Source of the DNA: Fonticula alba ATCC 38817
Taxonomy: Eukaryota; Protista; Nucleariida
Direction: 5' to 3' (one strand)
NCBI GenBank assembly: GCA_000388065.2
Contig: KB932201.1
DNA length: 16,180 bases
Shown here: in pieces, positions 1 to 11,004 of the stretch
Layout of the letters: each line of letters starts with the position of its first letter
How positions within the stretch are numbered: position 1 is the first letter of the stretch
Notes under the pieces: model-generated
Told to the model about the DNA's origin: nothing
Seen by the model: only the letters and a program-made list of their open reading frames with translations
Databases searched by the model: none
Program-made: the position numbers and the translations under genes

Positions 1-1234
1 GGTGGCCGCAGGCAAGGGACCGACAGTTCCGGGTCCCAGGCCCAGCCGCGCGACCACCCGGCATGATGCACCGGGCTTCGGCCGGCGGGATGCCGGCCGG
101 CTGCTGGCTAGGGCGACTGCCGCGCGCCCCGGCAGGGTGGCGGCCGGCCAAACACCCTCGGAGAGGGCGCTCCGCGCCGTCCGGCCGCAGACACACTTGG
201 CCCGCTCATTTGCAGCGACCGGCCGCGGAGGCGCGCATCCCCCCCGGCCCCGGGGCCGCTGGTCTTTCGCCCGGGCGTCAACCTGCCCGCCGTCGGCCGC
301 CAAGCAACATGCGATGCAGCACGCCGCCTGGCCCTGAGCCACGCCCCTGTGAGGGGCTCTTCCGCCGGCACAGCCACGGCCGCATGCCCGGCTGCCATCG
401 CGGCTTTTACCAGTCGCCGGGGGTGCCCTTGCGCGAACATGCCGGAGAACAGCCTCCAGCCTGGGGCCAGACGGCTGGGAGAGGCGGGGCGCTGCCTGCC
501 GGAGGTGGGCCGCGCTAGCACCGGGGCAGCCCCGGTGCCAGCCTCGGGGCATTTGCCACGGCCCCGAGCCACCTCCTACACCCTGGTCGGCGGCCACGGC
601 GGGGTCTGCCTGCACCACTGACACACGCTCGCGCGCAGGTGTCCTGGCGACGCGAAGGCCGACCAGCCGGCCTGTGTCGCTCGGCCCCACTCGGGGGGGG
701 GGGGGGGGGGACAGGCCGCGCGTGGGAATCCCGAGACCTGCGCCGCGGCGAAGGTCGGCCCCGCAGGCTTGCGGCCATCACACCGTCCGCAAGTGCCCCG
801 TTCACGGGGGGGCCCGCATCGGCACACTGCCCTCTTCGGGCGCACCAGACAGCGCTTCGTCGCCGAGACATGCCGGCCCCCCGGCGCCAGACAACAATCC
901 GGCGGGCCTGCTTGCGGTGGGTGGATGGCACTTTGCATGGCAGCAAAAGAGCCACACGGACCGGTGCGTGTGAGAGTGGCCCCGTCGCTCGGAAGCCGCC
1001 CGGCGGTCGAGGCCCAGTCGATGGGGCAGAGGTCGGCCGGCCGCACCATCCACCGGCTCGCCGGGGCTCCGGGCCAGGCTGAGGCTGCTTTTGGCTTTGG
1101 GCGTGCTTTCTCTTTGCGAGCACCGTGTCCCTGGCCACGCGGAATGCACCGGTGCTGCTTGCTGCGCCCGGCTCGGGTGTCGCACATGCCGCAATGACAC
1201 CGGCAGCCATGAGCCCATCGGCTGCGTGCGCCCG

Positions 1235-1237
1235 CAC

Positions 1238-1281
<44 letters not shown>

Positions 1282-1346
1282 ACACACACATATACATATA
1301 TGCTCACACACATATACATATACATATATGCTCACACACACACACA
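1235..1346. repeat. (CA)n / (CATA)n compound microsatellite
   Basis: Long CACACA run followed by two copies of CATATACATATATGCTCACACA. Confidence 0.95.
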
Positions 1347-2445
1347 TGCTCACCGCGGGAGCAAGGCGGGCAGATGCGCCTCGGCTTCGGCGGCCACATG
1401 TAAAGCCAGATGTAAAAGCGCCAGGGTGTTCACCGGGCAGGCCGGCCCCGGATCAACAGGGGGGCACAAGCGAAAAAGGGCATCCCGAGCAGAAGCCGCA
1501 AGGGGCCAGGCAGGCAAGACCACCGGCCGGGCTCAGGGAAGGCGGGGGCCCTGTGGCGCACCAGGCGCCGTGGCCCTTCCGCATGGGCACCTTGCGGCTT
1601 GCCGCGCATGTGCGCTGGCGCCTGTACGGCCGCACAGTCGTCGGCATGAGCCCGACTCCGGCCCTGCATGGTCTTCGCTCAGAGCTCGGCGGGGGGCGGA
1701 GGAAGAAAGGACCCACCCTCGGGCCGTCATGGTCGGCCACGGCCGCCACACGGGGCACCAGCCCGAGGGCGCTGCTGTCTTGTCATCCTGAAGACCCAGT
1801 CCAGCAACAGGGACGCGGGGGCCTGGCGCCGGCGTGCCCCCCCCCCCCCCTCCCGGAGGGAGTGTCCCAGGGTGCCGGCCAGTCCCCGGGCCCATGCCAA
1901 GCCAGGGTTCCCTGCCCATGTCAAGCCGGCTGTGGGCGGCCACAGGCCAGCCCACGGAGTCCGTGCTTTCCGGCGTGGGAGCCACTCTCTTGGCCGAGTG
2001 GCCCCCGGCGGGGATCTCGCGCGGCCAGGCATGTGTGTCTGTCCTGCTTCGCCCCGACGGTACACACAGGGCGGACGGTCGACAAAAGGGACCGATGGAC
2101 CCTCCGGTCGCCGGGGGGCGGGGAGGTCCGGAACCGCTGGCCGAAGGGAATGGCCCATCCTTGCTCCGTGCCGACAGCGGGAATACACCCCGTCAGCCGG
2201 AGGGTCTTCGCATAGACCCAGGCACACACACGTGCGCGTGCGTCTCCGGCAGGGGGGTAAGGATCTATATACATGTATTACAGCGCGAGGCGGGCTGCAC
2301 GAGGGAAAACTTGGTGCCGCGGAGCTCCAGCACATCGCATGGGGGGGGGATGGGGGAGGGGAAAAGGAGAGGGAAGTCCAAAACCGCACAGGGGGCGAGG
2401 GGGTGGGGACAAAAAGGGGACAATGGCAGGGGCGGGCGAGGCGGG

Positions 2446-2760
2446 NNNNNNNNNNNNNNNNNNNNNNNNNNNNNNNNNNNNNNNNNNNNNNNNNNNNNNN
2501 NNNNNNNNNNNNNNNNNNNNNNNNNNNNNNNNNNNNNNNNNNNNNNNNNNNNNNNNNNNNNNNNNNNNNNNNNNNNNNNNNNNNNNNNNNNNNNNNNNNN
2601 NNNNNNNNNNNNNNNNNNNNNNNNNNNNNNNNNNNNNNNNNNNNNNNNNNNNNNNNNNNNNNNNNNNNNNNNNNNNNNNNNNNNNNNNNNNNNNNNNNNN
2701 NNNNNNNNNNNNNNNNNNNNNNNNNNNNNNNNNNNNNNNNNNNNNNNNNNNNNNNNNNNN
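2446..2760. other. Assembly gap (315 N)
   Basis: N run flanked by G-rich / poly-G sequence. Confidence 1.
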
Positions 2761-2799
2761 GGGGGGGGGGGGACAGCAAAAGGGGGGAGAATGTCAGCA

Positions 2800-5700
2800 T
2801 CAAAAGCCGGCATGGCCGCGGGCCGGAAGGAAGGGCCCCACCGAGACGGGGCCGCAGTCGAGACGCACGAAGAGATCCAGCTCCAGCTGATCCTGCGGCT
2901 TGGGGGGCTGCCCGGGGCCCTGGCGAGTGGCCGCCATGCGGATGCTGATCAGGGCCAGGACCACGATCAGGGCCACGGCGGCCACCACGCCGATGGCGAT
3001 GCCAACCTTGACCGGGGTGCTGAAGCCGGTCCGGGGGGACCCCTCCCACCGGAGGCAATCCCGCTTGGCGGCCGACACGCACTCCAGGCAGGAGGGGAAG
3101 CAGGCGTCGCATTGCAGTGGCCCGGCCGGCGGGGCGCCCGTGCTGCCGCTGCCGGTGCCGCGTGCGCTGTGGCTGGCGCGGCTGGGCCCGAGGCCGGGGC
3201 TCCGGGCCGGGGCCGCGAAGCCCGGCCGCCCCTCTCTGGTGGCACCCTCCAGCAGGAAGTACCCCTCCGGGCAGGCGTCCATGTGGCAGTGGCGCTCGAA
3301 GAGCACGCGCCCCGGCTGGCAGACAGAGCAGCAAGCCGGCGGGGGCAGGCCGTCGGCCGGACTGCCATCCGGCGTGCCGTCGCCGAGGCCGCCGGCCGCC
3401 GGGCCACATTGCTCGCACTCCAGGCACCCCTCCGGGCAGGGCTCACACCGGTCGGTGGCACTGGCCAGGAAGAAGCCCGGCGGACAGGCCTCCAAGTGGC
3501 AGCGGCCCTGGAAGAGGACAAAGCCGCGCGCGCACTGGCGACAGCAGCCGGCCGCGGCGGCCGGGCCGGAGCTGCCCGCCTGCCGGGGGTCCTCCTCCTC
3601 CTCCTCCTCCTCGGCGGCGGCCGGGCAGTCGCAGGCAAGGCAATTGGCCGAGCAGTCGAGGCAGGCCCCGGCCACGGTTTGCGAGGCGGGGGCCGGGGCC
3701 GCGCCACCCGGCCCGGCTCCGGGCCAGACAATGACCCCGGTGGCCGGGCACTGCCTCACGCACTGGCCCCGGTGCAGGAAGAACCCCGCCAGGCACATCT
3801 GGCAAACGGTCTCCCCCAGCCGGGAGGTGGGGCTGGCCACGTAGCTGCACCGTTCGCAGCCGGCCGGGCAGTCGATGCACATGCCGCCCATGGCCACGGT
3901 CTCCGGCGGGCAGCGATGGGCCAGGCACTTGCCAGTGGCCAGATGCAGGTGGTAGCCCTTGCTGCAGGACATGCAGGCCCCGGACCGGTTGTAGCACTGG
4001 CTGCAGTTGCGGTCCGGGCACCATTCCAGCTGGCCGGCGCTCGTGCTGAAGGAGGTTGAGGGCTTTTCCGGCAGGCAGGCCCCGTCCAGCAGGAAGAGCC
4101 GGTCCTTGCAGCTGGTGCACCGGTGGGCCGTGGTGCATGAGGCACAGTCCGCCGGGCAGTGCCGGCACTCGGCATCCTTGGACCCGATGTACATGCCCAC
4201 CGGGCAGGCCGTCAAACAGGCCCCGGTGTCGGGATTCAAGAAGGGCATGTCCCGCGAGCACCGGGTACAGACGACCGCCCCGTCGGATTGGCCGGCGAGC
4301 CGGGCCGCCGGCAGCGCCAGCGGGGCGGCGGGAGCCGGCCCCTGCCCCGGCGAGGGGGCCGCAAAGTGGCACTCGTCGCACCCACCGGGACAGGGGGCGC
4401 ACTCGCCGGGGCCGTCGCTGGCCGAGTCGCTGTCAAGCCGGGGCAAGGAGGAGGCGGAGGCGGAGGCGGAGGCGGCCCCCGGGCGCAGGTACTGCCCCGC
4501 CGGGCAGGCGGCCTCCTGGCAAGAGCGGAACTTGGCATCCAACGTCAAGTGCGCCATGCACCGGGCGCACAGGAGCCGGCTGTTCGGAAGCAGCTCCAGG
4601 CACCCGTCCGGCAGGGGGAGGCACAAATCCCCGACGGGAATCCCCTCGGCCGGGCTGCCATTCAGCGACTCGGCCAGCACGGGGAAGTACCGATCCGGGC
4701 ACTGGGGCACGCAGTGGCCCGCATGCAGGAGCCAGCCCTGGCCGCAGGCCAGGCACCCGGACGCCCGACAGGCCAGGCACCCGGGGCCGCAATCCAGGCA
4801 CCGGCCGCTGGCATGGGCCACCCCCTCGGGGCCGCAGTGCTCGGCACATGTGCCATCGGCCCGGAGGACCATGCCCCCCGGGCAGGCGGTGCAGGCCCCG
4901 GGCCCCGGGCCGGAGCACATCGCGCAAGTGGCATCGCACTCGACGCATGTGTCCTGGCAGGCCTCGCAGGCCGGGTCGCACTTGGCACAGGGGGACCCCG
5001 CCTGGCAGGGGCAGCCCGGCCCGGTGCCGAGGACCATCTTGACACGCACCGTCGTGTCGGCCGTGTCGGCCGTGTCGGCCGCGTGCGACCACGGCGGGGC
5101 GGGGAAGGGCGGCAGGTAGGTCTTCGCGCCGCACAGGTCCGGCAGGCAGACATTGTACTTGGGGGCGAAGACCCAGCCATCGGCGCAGGCGGTGCACTGG
5201 GTGGCATCCGGGCCGCTGCAGCTTTGGCAGCCGGGCCAGCAGGGCAGGCAATCCCCGAGGGGGTGGTTTTTCGCCGGCCCCGAGGGGAGCCCCGGCATGT
5301 CGAGGCCATTCCAGGGCAGGCCGCTGCTCACGGGCCGCGGGTAGAAGCCGGCCGGGCAGGCACGCACACAGGCGCCCTGGTGGGCCAGCAAGTCGCGGCC
5401 CGGGGTGCAGGCGAAGCACGTGCCGCCCGGCACCAGGCACTCGGCGCAAGTGTGCCCGGCCGAGCAGGGCTCACAGCGGCCGGTGCTGGTCCCGCTGTCC
5501 CGGACCAGGACCCAGCCCGTGGCACAGGCCTCGCAGGTGTCCGGCCCGGCGCACGACGCGCAGCCCGGCGCACAGCGCAGGCAGGCACCCCCGGACGTCG
5601 GGTGGGGATACTCCCCGGCCGGGCAATGGACCACGCACCGGGCGAAGGCCCGCCGAGGCGTGGGGGCCTCGCTGGCGCTGCCCGGCTGGCTCGCGGCGGA

Positions 5701-6410
5701 GTCCTCCCCGGCCAAGGGGACGGCCGAGTCGAGGGCCAACACCGCCAGCAGCCCGGACAGGCGGAAGCCCGGCTCGCAGGCGAAGCAGGCATTGGCGTCC
5801 GTGCAGGAGGCGCACCCGGTGGCGCACCGGTGGCAGGACCCGGACGAGGGGCTCCGGTAGGACCCGGGCTGGCAGGTGACACACACGCCATACTCCTCGG
5901 CCGGCTGCAGGCACAGGTCGTCCACGCGGTTGCACTGGCCGCCCGGGGTCGGTCGCCAGCCGGCCGCGCACTCGGCCACGCATCGGCCCGCCTGGAGCCG
6001 AAACCCGGTGGCACATTCGGTGCAATCGTGCGACCCCTCGCCCGAGCACCGGACGCACTGGAGCATGTCCGCGCACTTGTGGCACATCCCGTCCACCGGG
6101 GCCGGGGCCCCGTTCGGCTGCTCGGGCCCCCAGGCCGAGCACTGGGACACGCACTGGCCCTCGTCCAGGACATGCGCCTGGTCGCAGGCGGTGCACGAGA
6201 AGGCATTCACGCAGTGCAGGCACCCGGCCGGGCAGGCCTGGCAGATGGCATCCCCGAGCATGGAGAAGCCGAGATACTCGCGGGAGTGGCAGTTTCGCTG
6301 GCAGGTGCCGTCCGTGCGCAAGACCAGCCCGGCGGCGCAGGCGGTGCAGTACTGCGGGAAGCTCGTGTCGCAGTCCAGGCAGTTGGGGTGGCACCTCACA
6401 CAGGTGTCCT
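2800..6410 (-). CDS. Exon 2: furin-like / growth-factor-receptor Cys-rich repeat ectodomain (VSP-like) plus transmembrane helix and short cytoplasmic tail
   Basis: Uninterrupted frame of about 1200 codons with many tandem CxxCxxxCxxC / CxxC units (CHPNCLDC, CPAGCLHC, CATGCASC, CAPGCASC, CDATCAMC, CPADCASC, CPEGCLEC, CFPSCLEC). Hydrophobic VGIAIGVVAAVALIVVLALISI at 2941-3006. In-frame TGA at 2800-2802, but the exon may instead end at 2869 (TTC|GTGCGT donor). The spliced product is about 1274 aa if not spliced there. Confidence 0.9.
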
Positions 6411-6612
6411 CTGGGTGGGTGGAGGGCCGGCAGCGGCGGCGCCGCCGGGCGCCGGGAGAAACGCGTCGTGTGGGAGCGGCAGGCGGGCGGGTGTCAGACC
6501 GGGGCGGGGCTCGGCGTAAGGGGAGGGGAGGCGGGCCGAGAGGCAGAGGCAGAGAGAGGCAGAGAGAGGCAGAGAGAGGCAGAGAGAGGCAGAGAGAGGA
6601 GCCCAGGCGCAC
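6411..6612 (-). other. Spliceosomal intron (202 nt, GT-AG, phase 1)
   Basis: On the minus strand it starts GTGCGC, contains a (GCCTCTCTCT)n pyrimidine repeat and a CTGAC, and ends ACCCAG. Splicing joins CCC G|AG GAC ACC TGT, putting the signal-peptide exon exactly in frame with the Cys-rich ORF (...ELLP-E-DTCVRCHPNC). Confidence 0.8.
6541..6600. repeat. 10-bp tandem repeat (AGAGAGAGGC) x about 5.5, inside the intron
   Basis: Directly visible at 6551-6600, with a partial unit before it. Confidence 0.95.
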
Positions 6613-6826
6613 CGGGGAGGAGCTCCATCGGCGAGACGCCTGATGGGGGGCAAAAGTCAAAGTCCCCCCTATTGCCGGGGTACAGGTCATCGGTGTCCAG
6701 TGGCCCGTGCGGCAGGGAGTTGGCGCTGGCCGGTCGGCCGGCCGGGAGAACGCCGAACAGAAGCAGCAGGCCGCACAGGGCCGCCAGCAGGAGGTGGTGG
6801 CGGCGATGGCGGCGAGTCAGGGGCAT
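6613..6826 (-). CDS. Exon 1 of a secreted/type I membrane Cys-rich (furin-like repeat) protein; encodes the signal peptide
   Basis: ATG at 6826 in gccATG context. Translates MPLTRRHRRHHLLLAALCGLLLLFGVLPAGRPASA-NSLPHGPLDTDDLYPGNRGDFDFCPPSGVSPMELLP (basic n-region, hydrophobic core, ASA cleavage-type motif). It is 214 nt (phase 1) and ends at a G|GTGCGC donor. Confidence 0.8.
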
Positions 6827-7104
6827 GGCTCGCGCGGCCGGCTGGAGCACGGATCGGCGCCACAGCGGATACGGACGGCGGGCACCAGGGTCCAGGCGAG
6901 GTTCAAAGGGTGGGTGGCGAGGGTGGGTGGCGAGGGTGGTAGGGGAGGGGGGAGGAGGGCAAGGCGAAGTGGTGCTTGGAGCATGGAGCCGGGGCAACGG
7001 GGATCTGCCCAAGGGCCCGAGAGCACACTCCAAAGCAGGCACTGAAATCTGGCACGCCATGGCCTCGGAAGGGGGCGCGAGGGGTTTGACAAGTGGCCGT
7101 GCCT

Positions 7105-7214
7105 NNNNNNNNNNNNNNNNNNNNNNNNNNNNNNNNNNNNNNNNNNNNNNNNNNNNNNNNNNNNNNNNNNNNNNNNNNNNNNNNNNNNNNNNNNNNNNNN
7201 NNNNNNNNNNNNNN
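7105..7214. other. Assembly gap (110 N)
   Basis: N run. Confidence 1.
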
Positions 7215-7458
7215 CCCACAATGATCGGCAACATAGTGGGTGCCCTGGGCTTGGGAGGAGGGAACCCTGCCCTGACCTGTGTGTCTGCAGACGGCCCGAC
7301 GCCGCACAGAGACGTGGGTCTGCCGGGGTGCAAGGGGGAGGGGCCATGTTTCGTCGGCTACCTGTACCCTGCACTTGGGGAGCGCATCCGACACGACCCT
7401 TCGGCATAGTGCATGCAAGGCGCCCAGAGCGTGTGCATGCGTGCCTGAGGGAGGGCGA

Positions 7459-7520
7459 GAGACACACGCCGACACACACGCCGACACACACGCCGACGCA
7501 CGCCAACGCACGCCAACGCA
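7459..7520. repeat. Degenerate minisatellite (GACACACACGCC / ACGCACGCCA units)
   Basis: gacacacgcc gacacacacg ccgacacaca cgccgacgca cgccaacgca cgccaacgca. Confidence 0.85.
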
Positions 7521-9024
7521 CGACGACACGCCGACACACCGATCGGCGCTTTGGAGGCGCCGCACACAGTGTGGCACAGACTTGGGCGAACGGCCGGCCC
7601 CCGGGAACGAAGCGGCCCCAATCCCGGCCCGATGGTTGACTCGCGCGGCCCCCTGTTCGCCAGGGAGCAGGGCCCAAGAAAAGGCGGCCGCACGAAGCGT
7701 GTGTCTGTTTGGGGGCCGGCGTGTCGGCCTCTCCGGGCACACACGATCAGACACCGCGGCAGGTCGCGCCCCCTGCGCCATCCACCCGGCGTCCCTGCCC
7801 GGGGTGAAAGGCTGGCACAGGCCGGGCCCGGGTGGATGCGCACGCGCATGCGACCGCGCCCCCGCCTCCCGTGCGCAACCACCGTCGGGCAGGCCGTTCT
7901 TGGAACTTACCCCCACCCCGGCCGCGGGAGATGTGCATGCCGCGCGCGTGCGCCCGCCCAGCTGTACATGGCCCGCGCGCCCCGGGGCAGGGGCCGGTGA
8001 CGGGGTCGGCCGGCGTGTCTCGGTGCGCCCCCGCCCGCCCGCACGCACGCACGCCCGCCCGCACGCACGCACGCCCGCACGTATATGCGTATACACGACA
8101 ACTGCACCGGCATGCATCAGGTGAGTATACGACACACAACCTTCCGTGTGGCGGGGACCAAGGGAGGGGAGCAGCCTGGCCCCTGGCAGGACGGGCCCCG
8201 ACGCGCACGCACGTCCTCCCCGGCCCCGGCCCCGGCCCCCATGCGCCCTCCGGCGGATTGGACATGCTCCGGCGGCGTGCATGCGCCGGCACGGTCGCCG
8301 CGCTCCCTGGTTTCGCCGGCCCGACGCCCGGGCCTCCTCCTCGCCCGCCGCCCCCCCCCCCCTCCTCCCCCCCTGTGTCGGGCCATGACTGCGCCCGTCG
8401 GGCCGGAGCAGCAGGAGGGCCGGGCTCCGAGGCGCCCAGGGCGGGGAGGGGCCGGGGCCTGGAACTGCCACTTGCCAAAGTGTGTAGCGCGTACGGGCGC
8501 GGGCGTGGGTAGGCCCGGCCGTGGCTAGGTACAGGTGCTCGCCCGGGGGGGGGGGGGCAGCCCGGGCGCCGCCCCTTCCGGCCCGCCGTCGCCGCCGGAA
8601 GAGTGTGGGAGCAACGCGTGCACGCAGATGCCGCTGCCTGGGCGGGCGGATTCCAGCGCACGCTCCGCGCACCCCGCGCCGGCGCGGGGGGCCGGGGCAG
8701 GGCGGCCGGCCAGGCAAGGCTCCCAATGATCCTCCCTGTGCCCCCCACCCGCCCAAAAGCGGGCAGTGGGGCGCCAGCGGCGGGGGGAGGGGGGGGCGAG
8801 GGGGCCGGGCCGTGTGCGTGTGTGCCTCCGGGCCCGGGCGTCTATTTGCCCGGGCACACCGAACCCCGGCATCGGGAATGGCCCCGCGAACCTCGAGCTC
8901 CCCATCCCTCCGGCGAGTGGGGGCAGGGCGGAGCAGACCGCGCACGCGAGAGGGGCCCGCAAGCCCATCCACCGTGGGGGCCGGGCCCCGCCAACGCCCT
9001 TGCCCCGCCGCGACGCATGCCCAG

Positions 9025-9085
9025 CACGCACACGCACACGCACACACACACACACACACGCACACACGCACACACGCACACACAC
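9025..9085. repeat. (CA)n / (CACG)n microsatellite
   Basis: gcacgcacacgcacacgcacacacacacacacacacgcacacacgcacacacgcacacaca. Confidence 0.9.
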
Positions 9086-10842
9086 AGCCGCCGGCCTCCG
9101 CCACCCGGGGTCCCTGGAGACCGCACGCGCCTGCGGGGCCTGCCGCATGCGGCGCGAACCGGGGGGAGGGGGGGGGGGGGCGCGAGGGGCGCCGGCGGAC
9201 CCGTGCCTGTCACAAGCGGACGGCGCGCCCCGGGCCGGCAGCCACAAGCCCCGGGCAATCTCCCCCGGCCGCCTTGCCCCCCAGCCCGGCCCGTTCGTGA
9301 GCCCATGGCGTGGGCCCCATTCGCCGGCGCGGTTGCCAGTCCCCGGCAAGCGCTGGCACCGGGCCGCGAGCAGGAGAGCGAGAGAGTGCGCGCGTGATGC
9401 GTGCCCAGCTCGGACTCCCTGGAAACGGGCGCCCGGCGGGCCGGGCCCGGCCAAGCCACGAAGGGCAGCCACTCCCGGCCCCGGCCCCGGCCCCCCAGCC
9501 CCGGACAGCAGGCAGGGGCGGGGCCGGGGCCGGGGCCGGGACAAGCAGACGCTCAGACAGGGCGAACAACACGCCGGGGCACACGCCGGCCTGTGTGAGC
9601 CCTTCGCCAGGGCGCAACGCCCCTCCCCCCCTCTCCCCCCGCCCTCCCTGTCCCAACGTGGGCTAACCAGCCGTGGCCGGGGGGGGGGGGGGGACAACGC
9701 CGTGGCGTCGGGCAGCCGGCTGGACACCCTCGGGCCGGCGACCCGGCCGAGATGAAACAGTCTCGGGGTCGATAACTCTACAATAATAATACGCTATGAT
9801 TGGGTGTGGGAGCCGGCCGCGGACCGGGCTGTCTGCCGGACCGCCGCCGCCGCGGCCGCCAGCCCAGCCCTTCGCCCGCCTCGGGCCGGGAACGCCAGTC
9901 CCCCCCCCCCCCCACTATGCTGCTCTGAGTCACAACACAGGCAGTGGAATCCCCCGCCCTACCCCCTCCGGATCCGGCGATCCACCGCCTGTGTGCAGGC
10001 ACTCCCCAACCAAATACGCCCGACTCTTCCGCGCGGCCGGGACCGCCCCTCTACCCCGCACCCCTCCTCGCGAGCGGGCGCGTGGCCGGGGCAGGACTCC
10101 ACGCGCCAGAACGCACCCGCATCCCCCCCCCCCCCCCCCCCCCCCGAACTCCAGTCACCTCCCCCCCCCCCCCCCCCCTGTCCGACCCCGGCCCCGGGCC
10201 CCCCGGGCTCAAAAAAAAAAGGGCACTCCCCTCCCCCCGCTTTTTTTTTCGCGCCGGACTCTGTCGCCGGGCCGCTCGTGCCGCCATCCGCGGCGGGCGC
10301 GCCCGGACGGCGCTGGCATCGCCCGACAACCCACGACCCAGCATGCGAGGAATGACCAGCCACAGATGTCTCCGCATGTTCGGCCGCCCGGGGGAATGCG
10401 CCCCCCTCTTCCCGGCGGGGGGGGATTCGTGGAAGGGTCCGGTGCACGCCACCGGCGCGGCTCCCCTGCTCGCCCCCCTCCCCGACCAAAGGGGCGCCTC
10501 GGGAGCGCGGCGCCTCCGGGCGGGGGGCGCACGCCCTGTGGCCCCGCCAGGGCGTGGCGGTTGGCAGGCGCCGGGGGCCCCCTCCCAGGGGGGGGGAGGC
10601 AGGCCGGCGAGGGGACCCGGCGCGCACCCCCCCCCCCCCCGGGCGCGTGTCCGACGCACAAAGTGCCAGCCCCCGCAGAGACCTGGCCCTCGTTCCAGGC
10701 CCCGGCCACCGCGGCGAAAGGGGCCACCGAGACTCGGCGACGGCCGCCCGGCCGGCCGGGGCGTGGTTTCGGGTGCGAAGCCGCGCGTGTGCGCGCGGAC
10801 TGGTATTTCGTAATGCCAAAAGAGCGCGTACTCTGGGGAGAC

Positions 10843-10846
10843 AAAA
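10843..10846 (-). terminator. Probable RNA polymerase III terminator (T4) of the tRNA-Cys gene
   Basis: The minus strand reads ...GGGCCCT-ATCC-TTTT-GTC, i.e. four Ts starting 5 nt after the discriminator base. Confidence 0.55.
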
Positions 10847-10850
10847 GGAT

Positions 10851-10922
10851 AGGGCCCACCCGGGGTTGATCCGGGGACCTGTCGATCTGCAGTCGACCGC
10901 TCTACCACTGAGCTATAGACCC
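10851..10922 (-). tRNA. tRNA-Cys (anticodon GCA), intronless, 72 nt
   Basis: Reverse complement is GGGTCTA-TA-GCTC AGTGGTA GAGC-G-GTCGA CTGCAGA TCGAC-AGGTC-CCCGG ATCAACC CCGGG-TGGGCCC-T. It gives a complete cloverleaf, a GCA anticodon and the U73 discriminator typical of tRNA-Cys. The acceptor stem has two G.U pairs and T-loop position 54 is A rather than T. Confidence 0.95.
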
Positions 10923-11004
10923 TCGTCGATGGAAGGCTCATGGACAAACGCCCTCATATGCCCCTGCCCCTTCGGGGAGCATCGCCGGAGCCCCCACGCA
11001 TGAA

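Noticed and set aside
106-621. Stop-free plus-strand frame ending ...TSYTLVGGHGGVCLHH*
   Set aside because: It could be the last exon of an upstream gene, but there is no domain or clear splice site, and GC content alone explains the open frame.
1560-1625. ALPHGHLAACRACALA, resembling a RING-finger core
   Set aside because: The N-terminal CxxC and C-terminal CPxC ligands are missing, so it is likely chance.
6419-6427. TGGAGGGCC, complementary to the tRNA-Cys 3' end (PBS-like)
   Set aside because: Only 9 nt, inside the Cys-rich gene intron and far from the repeats.
1834-6519. Long plus-strand ORFs (1834-4059, 4159-6519) and other overlapping frames
   Set aside because: They are antisense or off-frame shadows of the GC-rich Cys-rich CDS, with Arg/Gly/Ala/Pro composition and no motifs.
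6611-6690. ORF-track start MTCTPAIGG... for the 1296-aa protein
   Set aside because: It lacks a signal peptide and reads through the microsatellite. The spliced model using ATG 6826 explains the sequence better.
6541-7520. Tandem repeats as a CRISPR array
   Set aside because: No unique spacers, and the context is eukaryotic. These are simple micro- and minisatellites.
6900-10850. Numerous 100-700 aa ORFs in the intergenic region
   Set aside because: Low-complexity translations of microsatellites and homopolymers with no recognisable domain. An isolated CAG|GTGAGT at 8120/8121 has no supporting exon.
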